A stretch of 58,138 nucleotides of DNA, the filler included, from Sphacelaria rigidula (Eukaryota), in NCBI GenBank assembly GCA_964200075.2. It is 7 parts of 7 records of this genome, joined end to end, with 100 filler letters (N's around TTAATTAATTAA, not from the genome) between each part and the next. Parts side by side here need not be neighbours in the genome. Positions count along the whole stretch, not along the records: positions 8,321 to 16,540 come from CAXNAA020011870.1; positions 16,641 to 24,860 come from CAXNAA020011871.1; 5 more parts are not named here. One strand, written 5' to 3'. Position numbers and translations under genes: made by a program. Shown here one piece after another: positions 9,557 through 23,039 of this stretch. Positions within the stretch are counted from its first letter, which is position 1. Each line of letters starts with the position of its first letter. Under the pieces are notes generated by a model. It ran no database searches. It saw only the letters and a list, made by a program, of their open reading frames with translations, and was not told the DNA's origin.

Positions 9557-12500
9557 TTACAGGATAAATAATGACCCTGTAGAGGAGACTATTGAGTGAT
9601 TCAACTGCGAGTCCTGACACCTTAACCCGCTCGAGGATGCGACACTAAAAACATGGGATAGGCGACAGCCGGTGATCCCCTTCCGTCCAGAAGCAAAGCA
9701 AGCCCCAAACGATCTCTGAGAGCAATATTCGCCACTGGATAATGAACTGCACTCCACCATTGCTGACCGCTGAATGCGATATCACCCACTCTTCACCAAG
9801 GAATAACCTACATGCCATACGCAGTGCTCATTGTTTGCTCCCCTTCTGCAGAGCTAGCTGATCGGACTCGACATAGAAGAGGTATGCATGGTATTGGCGT
9901 GATGTGTAGAGAGCCTGCATTATAAGTGGGCCGTTACGAACTATTGTACGGGGTTCTAGGATGCCTTGCGTACACAATGCAACCCATCCAGAGGCTACCT
10001 TCCACACCTAACCAATGCATTACTTCTCTTCTGCGACATGATGCCCAATTCGAGAGAGTAGGAGAGGCAAACGCAATCACTCAACATCAATTTTACTTCC
10101 GCTGAGGCTACACATGAGCTGTTTTGTTTTTCACTCTATTTTCGTCTCTGTGAGAAATAGTGGAAGGCACGCAGTGCTGTTCACTGTCTGTTCAAATGTT
10201 CAAACCTTCAGCTGGTGTTGGCTGTTGCTGATTGAGTGATCAAGCAAGGTGCTCCCCGACCCCGTCATCTCAATGCGGTAGTTGTTGCCGTTCTGTAGTG
10301 CATCTAAACTCTCTACGGCGACCTCGGTGCGATGTGCGCTGAAGAGTACGTGAGCAGTTGTTCTGCTGCATGCTCAATTTCGGTCCGCGCACGATCGGGG
10401 TGGCATCCAAATGCTGCCGAAATAACTTTAATTTCAAACAATCACGTGACGACAGTGCAGTTGCCTGTTTCGTCCTTTTCGGTGCTCCAGTTGTTGTTGA
10501 GCGCTGGGATGGGGGAATACACGCAAGGCGAGTGCGTGCAGATTGGGACAAGCAAACTGACAGGGAGCTGCTGTATCCTCGGTGATAGATGGTATCAGAT
10601 GTCTGTTGCGCAGCGGAGCAATGCGTGTGCCCAGTGCCAGATTTGTGCTCTTATTGACGCCTGAGCATACTTTCCAACGTATACTCTCCAATACGGTCCG
10701 TGGTTTGTGTTTAGCCAGGAAGGCTCCCAGAGGACTGCTTTTTGTTGTTGTATTTGTCCGCATGATGTTTGTACAGTTCTCACAACATGCATGAGACTTC
10801 AGGCCGTGCAGCAAAACACATCGCCTCAGCAAACATGGACATACAACGAACCTTGCCAGCGGCGGTGGGGTCACCTTGCCTTACCATCCTGTTTCTCCAG
10901 CATCAACATCGCAGTGCTGGTATCTGTGTCGTGAACGAATCAGGTTCTACTGCCACAATCAGTGGTCTCCCCGCACGCAAACGCTCATATATGCCTTCTT
11001 ACCGATCGATACAAGTAATCGGTACACGGTACTACAGTATGCAAGCTAAGTCGATGAGCCGGCAGTATGCAAGCTGAGGTAAGCAACGGTGACTGATAAT
11101 TACCCACGGCTCTGTGCTCTCACACGACTGGCAAGTCAAACATGTGCGGTGCAACTATATATAGACTGCACGGATAATACAGGGCAGCATGATGAGAACC
11201 GTTTGTGCACAGTAGATTTTGGGACATCGTTCCAGCTTTGAAACTAGAACGCTACCCAGGTATACGAAATATGCAAATCAAGTGATCACTCGCGCGAACT
11301 GAACAGAACGGATATACTTCTTTTTTTTTGTGCGAGTCGATGAACATATATTTTCCCAGGCAGCGGCGACGATCAACTTTCACATGAAAAGAGACTTATC
11401 ACAAACCTCATGTATAATCTATGCATGCTATCCACGTGGTGCACACTTAACGAATCCATCAACATGAAATGTTAACCCAAATAAATGTAAAAATACACCT
11501 TACATGCAATGCACAACATAGCAGTAATCGCCGCCGCCATCGGAAAAATTGTTGGTGACTCCCATAAAAACAACGGCATATCCGGTTGTACTCTCACACA
11601 AGCGACCCACACGCCGTATTTTCCCCCCAACCCTCCACGTGCTGGAGGTTCCTTCTTTTCAGGCTACAAGCGAACAAGTATCTCTTACAAATATGAGTCC
11701 TCACATAGCTCATACGACATAGCGTAACGGACACAACGATTGACTTGACTTACATCCAGTGCAACGCGTATTCTTCCGTGCACAATAATGCCCAAACAGT
11801 GATACGTTGATTACTTGCGAGACTAATCGGAACTGGTGAAGTTCTTTTTTATGCGAGACATGAGCTCGGTGCCTTTTTTTTTTCTTTTTCTTCTCCTTTC
11901 TTCTTTTTCTTCCCTTCTTAGACATGAACGGTAATGAAACGACATGCACTAGGCCTCTGATCTCCTCTGAACCGGCGTGTAACTCTCTCTCAAAAAAAGA
12001 CACACAATGCTCACTCATCTCATCAACAATCATGAAACGCCAATCAATTTCAACAGTTAACATGACAACATTCTGTATCAGCAACGCGATCAACAGACCA
12101 CAAATACCAACAGATCCCAACGAAAAATAAATAAATAAATAAATAAATAAATAAAGGAAATGGCTCATGTCCCGCACAAAATAAATCATTATTCAGGATC
12201 GTTTGCCGCAAGCAATCCTCACGCAGCGTTTCATTTTGTTTTTGGCATTGTTTTATCCTCACTCTTGATTCCTGCCTTTATTTTGATGTACGTCGATACA
12301 CGACCGACTTAGACTCAGACTAAATATGAGCGGCTGAGTAAGTACCGACTTGAGTGGGAATGTTACTCTTTCTCTTTCTTTCAGTTGTTTTTTTAGTGGG
12401 ATATCTGAACCGTCGGCATCATAATATGTTGCTCACCAGTGCTGAATAGAACTGGTATACGCTTGTTCAATACGGGATATGAACTCATTTTTATTTTTTG

Positions 12501-12980
12501 TCATGAAAGCGGCGATGAAACATATTTTCATATACAGAACCGACATGTACTTTACTCACAGTATACACTACATGATGCATGATTATCCCACCATCACCCA
12601 TGAAATGTCGAACAACGCACAATGTCTACTCACATGTGAAAATATGCCGTGGAAGCAACGCGATTCATATACTACACCGCCGCCGCAATCAGAACAAGAA
12701 AGAAGAAGGATTGGCTCATTTTCCGCATTAAACAATCGATATATCCAGGTCTACTCGCCTGCAAGTAACTTTCATACATTATATACAAGTAATACATTTA
12801 ATTGTTTTGGCCGTTGACGAGCCTTGGATGCAGGTGCACTTTTCCACTTGATATTAGAATACATATCTTTCCGAGCATTTCCTTCCCCCCAGAAGCTCTG
12901 AGAACGCACCATTGCCTCTTACTTGATTTTAGACCACACGTTTTCGCTGATTATACATATCAGCCTCTCCGTTTTCATTT

Positions 12981-13677
12981 CGCTAGACATTACGGTGCCT
13001 TCCGGTTCTGCTTGGGTTTCGAGTGCATACACTGTCCGGGCTGTGTTCTGCATGATGTTTTGACGTTGCGATACGTTCCGTTTGATGGATTTCCTCGCTG
13101 GTGTGTCGGTGAGCCCTTTGGGTGTCCATGATGACATGGTAACTGTTCGACCGCGACCGTTGACAGTCTGTGGAATCGGCATCAGTTTTGCTTGAAAAAT
13201 CACTGCATGACCAGATGACCTACCCTCGCGTACTAGCTCCAAGGAAGAACAACGTGCACAGCTGATGAGCAGTCGCTAGACATTTCGGTGCCTTCCGGTT
13301 CTGCTTGGGTTTTGCTTTCCGGGCTGTGTTCTGTATGGTGTTTTGACGTGATGCGTTCCGTTTGATGGATTTCCTCGCTGATGTACCGGTGGATCCTTTT
13401 GGCGTCCGAGATTATATGGTAACTGTTCGACCGCGATCGTGGATAGTCTGTGGAATCGGCATCAGTTTTACTTGAAAAATCGCTGCATGACCAGATGACC
13501 TACCCTCGCGCACTAGCTCTAAGGGAGAACAAACGGCCTCTATTTTTCGCATTGGATTCTGAACAGATTCGGGCGACATGGTAACTGTTTGACCGGCGTC
13601 AGTTTTAATTCAACAATCAGTACATGGCCAGATGGTCTACCCTCGATGGAAAACAACGTGCACAGTTGATGAGCAGC
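12981..13677. repeat. Degenerate tandem duplication (~290-bp unit, two copies plus a partial third)
   Basis: CGCTAGACATT.CGGTGCCTTCCGGTTCTGCTTGGG at 12981 and 13274; ATGGTAACTGTT.GACC occurs three times. Confidence 0.85.
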
Positions 13678-13784
13678 TATGAACACTATATTCGTGAGAT
13701 TCAGAGGATAGTTTCACATTCAGAGTGAGACCCGAAACAATCGACTTTCCCGTCGATTTTGACATCGCCACAGTTCGAGGAGTA

Positions 13785-14217
13785 ATGCGCCCAGCTGGTG
13801 CCTTAAACCGTCACAAAAGTTAGACGCTGGTTCGATTCCCGTCGGACGCACTTTCTTTGAAGAAAAAAAGAGGAGAGAAAACATCTGTGAAAAGTTGGCC
13901 CAAAAAGAAAAAGGGTGGGGTATAGCCTGGTGCCTATGTTTGGAGTCGACTGCTAGGGACCCCAGTGCACACACCATGGAAAAAAAGTGGGGGGGACGAG
14001 TACCTCAAGGTCACGGTGAGAAGCGACAGCACTAGAAGGTCCTGATGGCAGTCGATAGAGCGCTGGCAAGGGAAGATGCCCTCCTCAGAGTGAAAGTGAC
14101 GGGGATCGAATCCCCACGACTAACTTTTGTGACGGTTTAAGACACAACCAACTAGGCTACTGACCAGTCAGCGCTGACCGGTCAGTAGTCTAGTTGGTTG
14201 TGTCTTAAACCGTCACA
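13785..14217. mobile_element. Cluster of three tRNA-derived (SINE-like) heads
   Basis: Shared core CTTAAACCGTCACA at ~13802 (+), ~14128-14141 (-) and ~14204 (+). A-box-like TAG.CTAGTTGG; B-boxes GGTTCGATTCC (13829) and GATTCGATCCC (minus strand, ~14102-14112). Confidence 0.65.
14128..14217. repeat. 90-bp spacerless palindrome with two mismatches
   Basis: The left arm equals the reverse complement of the right arm except at two positions; centre CAGC|GCTG. Confidence 0.95.
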
Positions 14218-16039
14218 GCACGCAATTATCACCGGCGGAGTTTCCGATGCCACTTTTGCTGTTATCACCGATTCGTGCGCAAATCATCGTCGTCTCTTCT
14301 TGATCCTTTTTTCCCGTCCTGTAGCATCTGCAAAGTTTCCGATCCCATTTTTAAATCGTTCTCTCGAACATATCCGTTTACTGTGTTTTTGTCAAAACAC
14401 TTTTCATCATGAGCCACGAAGTTTCCGATGCCACTTTTCATCATGTATTTCCCGGACATATTTTTCGGGCCGATTCGCAACTTGAAAATCACTTTTCACA
14501 CTGCTGTGTACGGTCCCCACTGTTAGTTGTTCGTCGATTGTATACATTGCATGTTCTGTTTCTCAAATATATATCCATCACATTGCGGGTATTGCCTGCT
14601 TATTGTGATGTGGGATTGAGAATGTCGATAGTCACTGCGGTTACGGGCATTTTTGCGGTGCAATAGTGCTGGACTCATGGTTGCAAACACTGGCGTGTGT
14701 CCGTCACAAGTATTTGTGTTCTAGGGTGATCGGGCGGCGCAATAATATTTTGTCTAATGGTAATATTACGAGTGTCCCCGGGTGTGTGTTCGTCGACGGT
14801 GGGCGATGTTTCCTATTCGTTGCTGTGTGTGGAGAACGTGAATGCGTGTCTCCGTGTGTGTTCTTCGACGGTGGAGGTTGTCGTTAACCCGTTCCTGCAG
14901 GTACGATTATACATCAATAAACCTCTTCTTCATATCCTGCTCCCGGGACATCTGTCACCATACGAGCTGGGCCAGCCTAACGGCGGATTTGTAGTTTGCA
15001 CGCCCATTCGTCGGCCAATAATTTGAGTCGGACCCTGAAATGCGGTATGGACAATGAACAGGGCACAATAAAACAAAATTACGATGTATGTGATATAGAT
15101 GGAGGTAGAAACAAGTTCCACACCTTCCTAGCTATGATCAGTGTGCTGCAAGCTTGAGTAGGTGCGCAAACGCACCAGGTGTCCGAGTAAAGCAAGCTGC
15201 AAATGCACACGTGCAGATTCACGTGACTGTTGGTCACAGTAGCAATAAACAAAAGGAGCTCAAAGGCTTGATATCTTTTTAACTCTCACTGATTATCCCC
15301 TTGATCGCCCAGCACACTGTTCTCACCAATGGTGTACAGTAGGAGCAGATGGTCCGGCTCGAAGGGTAGCTTAAGAGTGAGCGAGGATGCATGGATACAT
15401 GCGACACAACCTATCTGAATTCGGCCCGAGAAGGCGTTTGCCTCCTCGGGGCCAGGGCATGTCAGCCTGCACACTAATCTTCCCCAGCTAGGATATACCA
15501 GCCTGTGCTTCAATCTTCCCTAGAACGCAGCCGGTACATTAACCTTCCCCAGAACTTTGGGAGCATTCCCATGGCTGGATCGAGTGATCTGTGAGCCAAC
15601 CTGCCCCAAAACTGTCTGAAGGAACAAATAACGCCTCTCTATCTTCCTTCCTCATGACACTCATGCTCCCAGGAAAAGAAGAAACCAAGCCGCAGGCCGA
15701 TTTTTCAGTTTCTTACTAACGGGCCGGTACTGTACTGTTGTAGCATTTCAGTACAAGTACATTTCACTTGTTTTCCCTTGTATTGGGCGCTGGCTATATT
15801 ATTCCAACGCCATCACCAGCAGTAACCACGCGTGAGACACACCCGATGTGTACAGCTCGCACAGAGAGATGCACACAGCTGAATCTTCTAGCACTTAGCC
15901 TGGTGAACGAGCATTGACTCATCAGCGGGCAGTACGGACCAGCGCTTTCCGGCATCACGGTAGCTATCATACGCAAGGTGTGTGGGCGTTGTAGCACGAT
16001 TGAAACGCGCACCGCCTCTCGCATGAGGAAAAATGGCAA

Positions 16040-16050
16040 CAGCAGCAGTC

Positions 16051-16083
<33 letters not shown>
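16040..16083. repeat. (CAG)n microsatellite
   Basis: Read directly from the sequence. Confidence 0.9.
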
Positions 16084-16084
<1 letters not shown>

Positions 16085-17593
16085 TCGGCACCGGCTGATT
16101 CAGACCAACTCCTAGCCGTACACATTTACGGGCAATAAAGATACTGCTGCTGCTGCTGCTTCTCTTGCGGGAGGCGGTCCGCGCTTAGACGCGCGGCAAT
16201 ACCCATGACCTGGCGCGTTATTGCCCCCTCCTGGAGTATTGATTGATTGATTGATTGACTATCTCACATTAGCTGATTGCAACAATCCAGGGGCAGCAAA
16301 AATATACTTCCTCTGGGGCGAAATATAAGCTCGCTTGGAGGAAAAGTGACATATCTCGTTCCCATTTGCAAGTCTTTGTGAACGGTTTTTTTTGCCGTTT
16401 TCGCGAGCACCTCGAGCAAAGCCCAAAACCGATGTCTTTTCTGAGTCCCAAACACAGCAGTACCTACTCACCCGGCAAGCAGGTGACAAAAAAACAAAAG
16501 ACGGAAATCCACCGGTTGGAAGCCTTCCCATCCTTTTTTTNNNNNNNNNNNNNNNNNNNNNNNNNNNNNNNNNNNNNNNNNNNNTTAATTAATTAANNNN
16601 NNNNNNNNNNNNNNNNNNNNNNNNNNNNNNNNNNNNNNNNCCCACGCCGTACCGACAAGACCAATCATGGCCTTCGTCGGAGGACGGGGAACATCATAGA
16701 ATTGTGATTCGGAACTTGGCATCGAGAATCACGGGTGTGCCGAATGAAAAATAATCAGACCTTGATGTCTTCGAGGGGGGAGAGTTTCTGGCGTTCCCGG
16801 ACAACAAATGGCCGTTGCCACGCTGAAACGCCCCAACCCAGTGCAAAAATAAAACTAAAACACCGAACGTGGGCCGCTAAGCGACCCGCAAAATATTATT
16901 CCGGATTTCCACAGGCCCGGTTTGCAAAAGGCCAATTCGATATCATGTGCTTGGTGGACCCTGAAATTTGGTGTGCCGGATTAACCGGTTGTGATGAAAA
17001 AATTGCATGAACCCAAAGAGTTGCCTTACTGTTTCACGAGCTACAGGCAATAATCACTTTCGACGTTTCGGGAGGATGCCGTTTAATCACGAAAACAAAT
17101 CTTGCGGTACATGCATAAGTTTTGTTTTTATGCGGTATTTCGACCGAATTTGACTTGTTTCGAAATAAGTGAAGGCTGCAATGTAAAAGAGTTGTTTCGG
17201 ATTAGGCGTAGCTGTCGTATGCGAGCGATGAACCGCAGAGAGCCAATGACACTTTTTGTCGAGATCTCTGCCTTCCGGGTTCCCAGGGTTCTTCCCTGCG
17301 TTACAGAAAAGGGGCGATATATGGCCATTTTTCGGGTCGATTGGTCGTTTATAGGCCTTTCGCACCCGCTGGCTGCTGCGCAGACAGGGAAAAAAGAAAA
17401 CGTAATTCAAATAAAAAACCTTCAAAGATTAAAAATATATATATCGCCAACGGCATTGAACACGGTCAAGCGTCAGTGTGATCACGCCGGACGTTACTTC
17501 GGGCGCAGAGGAAGTATATTCACGTTTGAGATCCTCGAAGATCATCCTCACAAAGCGCCTTCGAGGCCTGGAACATTTTTTTCCTCGTTGTTG

Positions 17594-17847
17594 AAGTGAT
17601 GCTACGGTAGGGGTGCACAAATCTTTTCTGAGGTTAAAATTGTAAGGAGCCCTTAATCTCATGCAAAACACATGAGAAAATATGTGAAAGTACGCCAGGA
17701 TTACTACTCTCATGTGCTGGGGGTATCCCAAATTAATATGCAAACGGTGATGCCCTGACCAATATTGTTGTGCATCTAGAATCGTTAGGAGCCCCTGAAC
17801 TAGACATAATGTCGCGAAAAAAGTGCACCCCTACCATAGCGTTGCTC
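17594..17847. mobile_element. 254-bp MITE of the same family, opposite orientation, TSD GTTG
   Basis: Same TIRs and homologous interior; GTTG at 17590-17593 and 17848-17851. Confidence 0.88.
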
Positions 17848-18834
17848 GTTGCGCGTTCCCCATGCCAATCTCGGAAGCCCATCCACCGACATTCGTACGG
17901 AAATATTTGAGTGGCAGTCGGCGCCGGTATGTTTTTGGCACAATATGAGGCGGGCCGGTACCTAAGCCGGTGTTGGCATCCACCATTTGCAAATTCGGGA
18001 TGTAAAATCGCGCGCGCACTTCGGGATACTGAATGAGTAAAATATCCAACTTCCTCGAGGACCTCAGTACCGTCTCCTGCGGTGAAAACCATCTGTTGTG
18101 ATGGCGGGAACCCAAAAGGCGCTGCTTTCCCTTCTTCGCCGAGATCGCTGGGAGGAAAAAATACCAAAATGATCGAGGCGGAAGGGGACAATCCTTCACC
18201 TGAAATACACGTCTTATTACACCCCAATGGCTTCTTTTTCGATGTCATGACGACCTCATTTTATAGAAGTATATCATGAACCCCTTCAACGATCAAGCAG
18301 GCCTCGCTGGTCAATGACAAACTATTCCGAGCCACGCGGCATTCCATAACCGCACACTGCAGTCATCTCGCAAACCCATACACGAAGGACATCGCAGGCG
18401 TCGCACATGCAACGACAGGCGGGCTATCAGGGGCTGCACCGCAGGTACACGACTCCCCCTTCCCCCCCCCAAGAAAGCATATAATGCATAAACCATCACC
18501 CGCGCAGTCATCGAAATATTGTGTTGTTTTGTGCATTCAATACACCCTCTTGCCCTCTTGACTGTGCATCAGCGGCGTACTGCGTCCAATATTCTCGCAC
18601 CGCGCCATCCATCTTCTGTGGTGGTCGAACATCCGCCTCTGTGTTTCGAGGTGCGCGGAGCAGGATGTGATACAGGGGGTACTTTATAGTATGTCCGCGC
18701 CCACCGTTCGGGCGCTGGCAGAATGGTAACACATCGAACCCATCATCGACCTGCGCGTACATCACATCAGATACGCGCACGATCAACATTTTCAAGGGCG
18801 AGACGAATTATTGGTTCGTGTCGAAATTACTTCA

Positions 18835-19370
18835 TTGTACAGTAGTGGGCGTTCTAACTGTTCATTTTGTAGCATCTTGTGATTTTTTCGTAATTGACGA
18901 TTTTCGCGGGCTCTTTCCGCTTGCCACCGTTCATCACATCAAGGTTCTGAAGATATTTGTATCCGCTCCACATTCCAAGAAAAAAATATATATATGTATA
19001 TACTAAATATTGAGGGACTTACGGGCTGACCGGTCATCGGGGGTCCTGCACGTTTCAGCCCAGATTCTCACTCTTCTCTAGTTTCGGGCGATCGAGCCTG
19101 TCCCGATCATATTTGTGAAAAATATAAAGTTTTATTCTTCAGAAATTCTGCTCACCCATTGCACCAGGGTCGAAAAACTATGTTTCACGGCCAATAACAC
19201 CCTCCTGATGAACGGGGTATTTTCTCGTTTCGCCCAATAACGCCAACTGACACTGACTTGGGCACTATGTTTCGAGAATGATCTGTTTATTGTACCATAA
19301 TCTACCGACGCTAGCAATTTCGAGTTCCGTCGAAGATTAGTACGCGAGGAAATGCCCAAAACATCCCTAC
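18835..19370. repeat. Dispersed repeat family A, second copy
   Basis: Reverse complement of ~50-535. Confidence 0.85.
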
Positions 19371-19389
19371 ATAGTTAGACCGCCTACTA

Positions 19390-19610
19390 CTGTAGTGTAA
19401 TTAATTTGTACTGTACGAAACAATCCCCAGGCGTCATTGTCAGCGTTGCAAGCCAGGTACGTGCAGCCCAGGCACGTGGACTGGCGCAAAAATTGCGTGG
19501 AGACCTTTTCGACCAGCGGTCAACTCTTCTTTTCTCTTTCGAGCTATCAGGCCTGAAAAAATGCGGATTTGGTGGTTCAAACCGTCGATGATTCGTCCGC
19601 ACCCGTGAAG
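19390..19610. repeat. Dispersed repeat (inverted copy at ~39105-39322, in TRM1 intron 2)
   Basis: CCAGGTACG.CAGCCCAGGCACGTG, CAGGCCTGAAA and CGATGATTCGTCCG are shared in reverse complement. Confidence 0.8.
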
Positions 19611-20079
19611 CGGGGGAGTGGTCAATCAAGCAGGCAGCGGCGAGGCATTAGCTCCGTAAGCGCGCTCAAGGTTTAGCTTACTTTGGGGTTCTCGGGCTGA
19701 AATAAGCAGAGCTTAAAGTGTTTGAAAAGTTTATTATGTCCCCGAAACGCGCATAAAATTGCGATATTTTTTCATGCGCCTCCTGCAGCCAGTGTATCAG
19801 CTGCTTGAAAGTGCTCGCTACGGCCTATGGCGTGGCTCGTTACTCGTTACTCATCACCAGACAGGCTTCAATAATCAATACTCCAAAATGCCATGGTTGC
19901 GGGTCTGATCCGCAAAACGTTTTTGTTTGTGTTTTAAATATTTGATACTGCGATGAATTGAAGATGTAAACAATATTTTGTACAACAGCTGTGCCATGTG
20001 GCCTATTGCACATTGTACGGCGTACAACCTACAGCGTTAGCTCATCGACTTCGTGTATTTTTGCAGCGTACAGGCTACA

Positions 20080-20395
20080 CCGGGGAGGAGGTCCGCCAGC
20101 TTGCTGTTTTCCCCTTCGTGACCCCCGAGGTCATGGCGGGCCTGTTATCCGAGAAGGATGACTTTTTGGTCGCGGCCTCGGGCGCGCACTCAAATTACGG
20201 TTTGCTGTCGTTTTGGGACGATGACAAAATAAGGCTTCCCACTTGGTATCTCGTGTCGATGGATATCGTACTTACGTAGCCATCGTCCGCGTTCATGGAG
20301 CGAGTGCTTTCCATTTTTAGGGGGTGTTTGAACTCCCGCCAGGAGAGGGCGTTAGGTGACCGGATCGAAGCCACGGTATGCTCGAGTACACTCGG
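20080..20395 (+). pseudogene. hAT transposase C-terminal dimerisation-domain relic
   Basis: LLSFWDDDKIRLPTWYLVSMDIVLT*PSSAFMERVLSIFRG matches the hAT pattern FW...P.....PSSA..ERVFS, with an in-frame stop. Confidence 0.8.
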
Positions 20396-22091
20396 AGCCG
20401 GAAGTTTGACACGATTTCAAATGTCGACTGATGGTAGATGGTGGGGGGGAACGGGGGCGATAGATTGTAGCTCGAAGCTTGCCGGGCGAGAGGCAAAAGG
20501 CTGCACCACCCTGTGTCCAGAGGCTGCAATGACCCACTGCTGCACTATGTATCATGAGTATACGTAGTGCGGACACATTATTTCGATAGATGGTTCTTTT
20601 GGGGTGACGTTCAAACTCAATGATCGAGAAAAGTCATACGAAGTATTTTTCAAATAAAAACAATTTTCAACATTCGAATACCCGAATTTTGGTCTTCTCC
20701 TCATGCTAGAAGGCGCGCCAAGTGAGGGGATACTAGACCAACGCCACAACAAGGACGTGAAATGGGCGCATAAAGTACGCATATTTTCGCTGAGGAAGGC
20801 TTGAAATGGGGCATAAAACAGAGGGGAAAAGCCTAATTAAGAAAAAAAAAAACTCAGTTTTTTTTTAACGGGCTTACGGAGCTAATGCCTAGCAGCGGCG
20901 TACCTGTCTCAGATGCTCTGAACCCAAACGCGTCGAAGATCTCGCAACCTCGAATACGCTTCTTCTCCGGCTCTCTCTTTCGGGTACTGGTACTTGGCGT
21001 TGGTCGAGTGCGGTCGGCGCTAGTTGCCGCTCCGTCGCGCGGAGTGTTGGGCGTGGGCATGGGTAATGTATCCGTCGCTTTCTTCGCGAAAGTTCTATAG
21101 TCGCAGCCCACAAAATAGGAATCCTGCGGCATTCGCGTTTGGGCAGAGGAGGGCGTTCACGCGATAAGACCGCCAGTAAAAACACATCAACGGCACATCT
21201 ACGGTACCGTGTCATTAACGCATGGTGAGGCGCTGCCGATCCCGGCCAATGAGATGTCGCCCTCCCCCGTTCGTACTGCAGAAGGGATAACAGTCCAGTA
21301 CAGTGCAATTGTACTGCAGAGTCGGGCCGTTGCCCGATGTATAGCGCAAACCGCACACCATGTATATATTATACACTTGTATACACTGTCGAAGAGATAG
21401 CGCCGGGGAGATGAAGTGTGTAACAAACAGTACAAATAGTATGGCGGCACACAGATGCAGTACAACGAGACAGCGCATCAGGTGTCGGGGCAACTCGCTT
21501 CACCGTTTTGCAGGGTCCTTTAGGGTGCAGCAAAATCCTGCAGGGTTTCAGGCAGGTGAATCGCGCCGTTCACGCTGCACCGCGGGTCGATCGTCCCCAA
21601 AATTTGCACAGCATCGGCCAGGTACATGACAGACACGTGGGGCCGCCGTGTGTTCGGCCCACTGAAATAAACTCGAATACATCGGTTGCATGCGAGGGGT
21701 ATGCGGGTGCGGACTGCTGCGCGCACCCATGTCGCTGGAGGCAACGCTCTTGCCACTCACCGGTTGTATTGAGAAGTTTCCACTTGCTCAGTTGCTTCCA
21801 CACGTTGTAGCAACAGTCTTGTGCACTCCTCGCGTTCTTCCGTCCGATGGTGCTGCGGCGGTAGCTGATGATGTGATCTGCAACTGCGCGTGCGGTCTGA
21901 GGTGCTTGTGGCATGCGATTGTCATGTTCTAACAGTACCAACTGCACGGTCTGAGGGTTACTGCTGACTTATTTTTCATTATTGTTATATGTATTCAAGT
22001 ATAGGGCAATCGGAACAGAAACAAGTGCACAACCTGTTTATCATGTCTAGGCTTTTACTCATTATACTTATTTTTAAAATCCCCCCTGCTC

Positions 22092-22141
22092 AACCATCAG
22101 AAGGTTACGAGGTTACCAACTGAGCCACCGGGGCAACCGGC
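22092..22141 (-). mobile_element. 5' fragment of a tRNA-derived SINE
   Basis: Minus strand GCCGGTTGCCCCGGTGGCTCAGTTGGTAACC contains an A-box (TGGCTCAGTTGG); no B-box follows. Confidence 0.55.
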
Positions 22142-23039
22142 TTAGTAAAAGCCTAATGATGTCATAACCTTTGTAACCTATTGCCAACAGCAATCGATCA
22201 CAAGATCCGAGAAGATGGTCAACCATTGGTTTGATAATCATATGGTTGAACAATTATTCGTGTCAACCATTTTTTCCGACAATCTGGTAAACAGGCCTCG
22301 CTGCGCCCGAAGCTTGATGAGATCCAGTGCGCTGCCTACTTGATATTTCAACTTATTCCTGAGTATCTCGTGAACTCTGTTGAAAAACCCCACACGTCGG
22401 ACAGTTTATGAGATACCTAAAATAACTCATCGAAGAGGGCTAAAAGTATGAGATGCCTTGTCCAAACACACAAAATACGGTACACCAGGGTCTCAGAAAT
22501 CAAAGCGAAGCTTCGCCTGCTCCGCAGGCGAAGCTTGTGGCACTGTAGGTCTGTACAGTATTCAGTATTTGCATGGTCTCCTGGGTTTTCAAAACACCCA
22601 TCACTCTATTCATGTGGGGTTCGTCTCCGTCTCTTGGTCAGACCCAGATCTGCCCCAAACAAACATGCACCGAAAATTCCTTTTACCAAGAAGAGGGTTC
22701 AGTATAATAGTATAGTCACCTCATCTGTCATATTGTTGTTCCGCATCCCCTCCGCACCCTGGGAGCGCACATGGGCAAGCCGCGTTTCCAGTGCGACAGG
22801 TCCATACCATCTCCGAGAAACACAGCACCTTGTCGCTTCAACAACATTAACCGCTCAAGGCAGTAGCAATTGCTACTTCAGGGAACTACGAGCACTCCAC
22901 GTACACGAGCCCACACAACAGCGTTCATGGCTCAGGTGTGATACACAGCTGCAACCGGCGGGGGTAAATGATGGGGCGGTTATTGCCTTGCTCTACCCTT
23001 GCTCTGGCAAGGTAGTATGGACGTTCGAGCCTTGTTTCC

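Noticed and set aside
13785..13855. Functional tRNA-Asp gene
   Set aside because: A B-box is present, but the acceptor and anticodon stems do not form a cloverleaf; treated as SINE-like.
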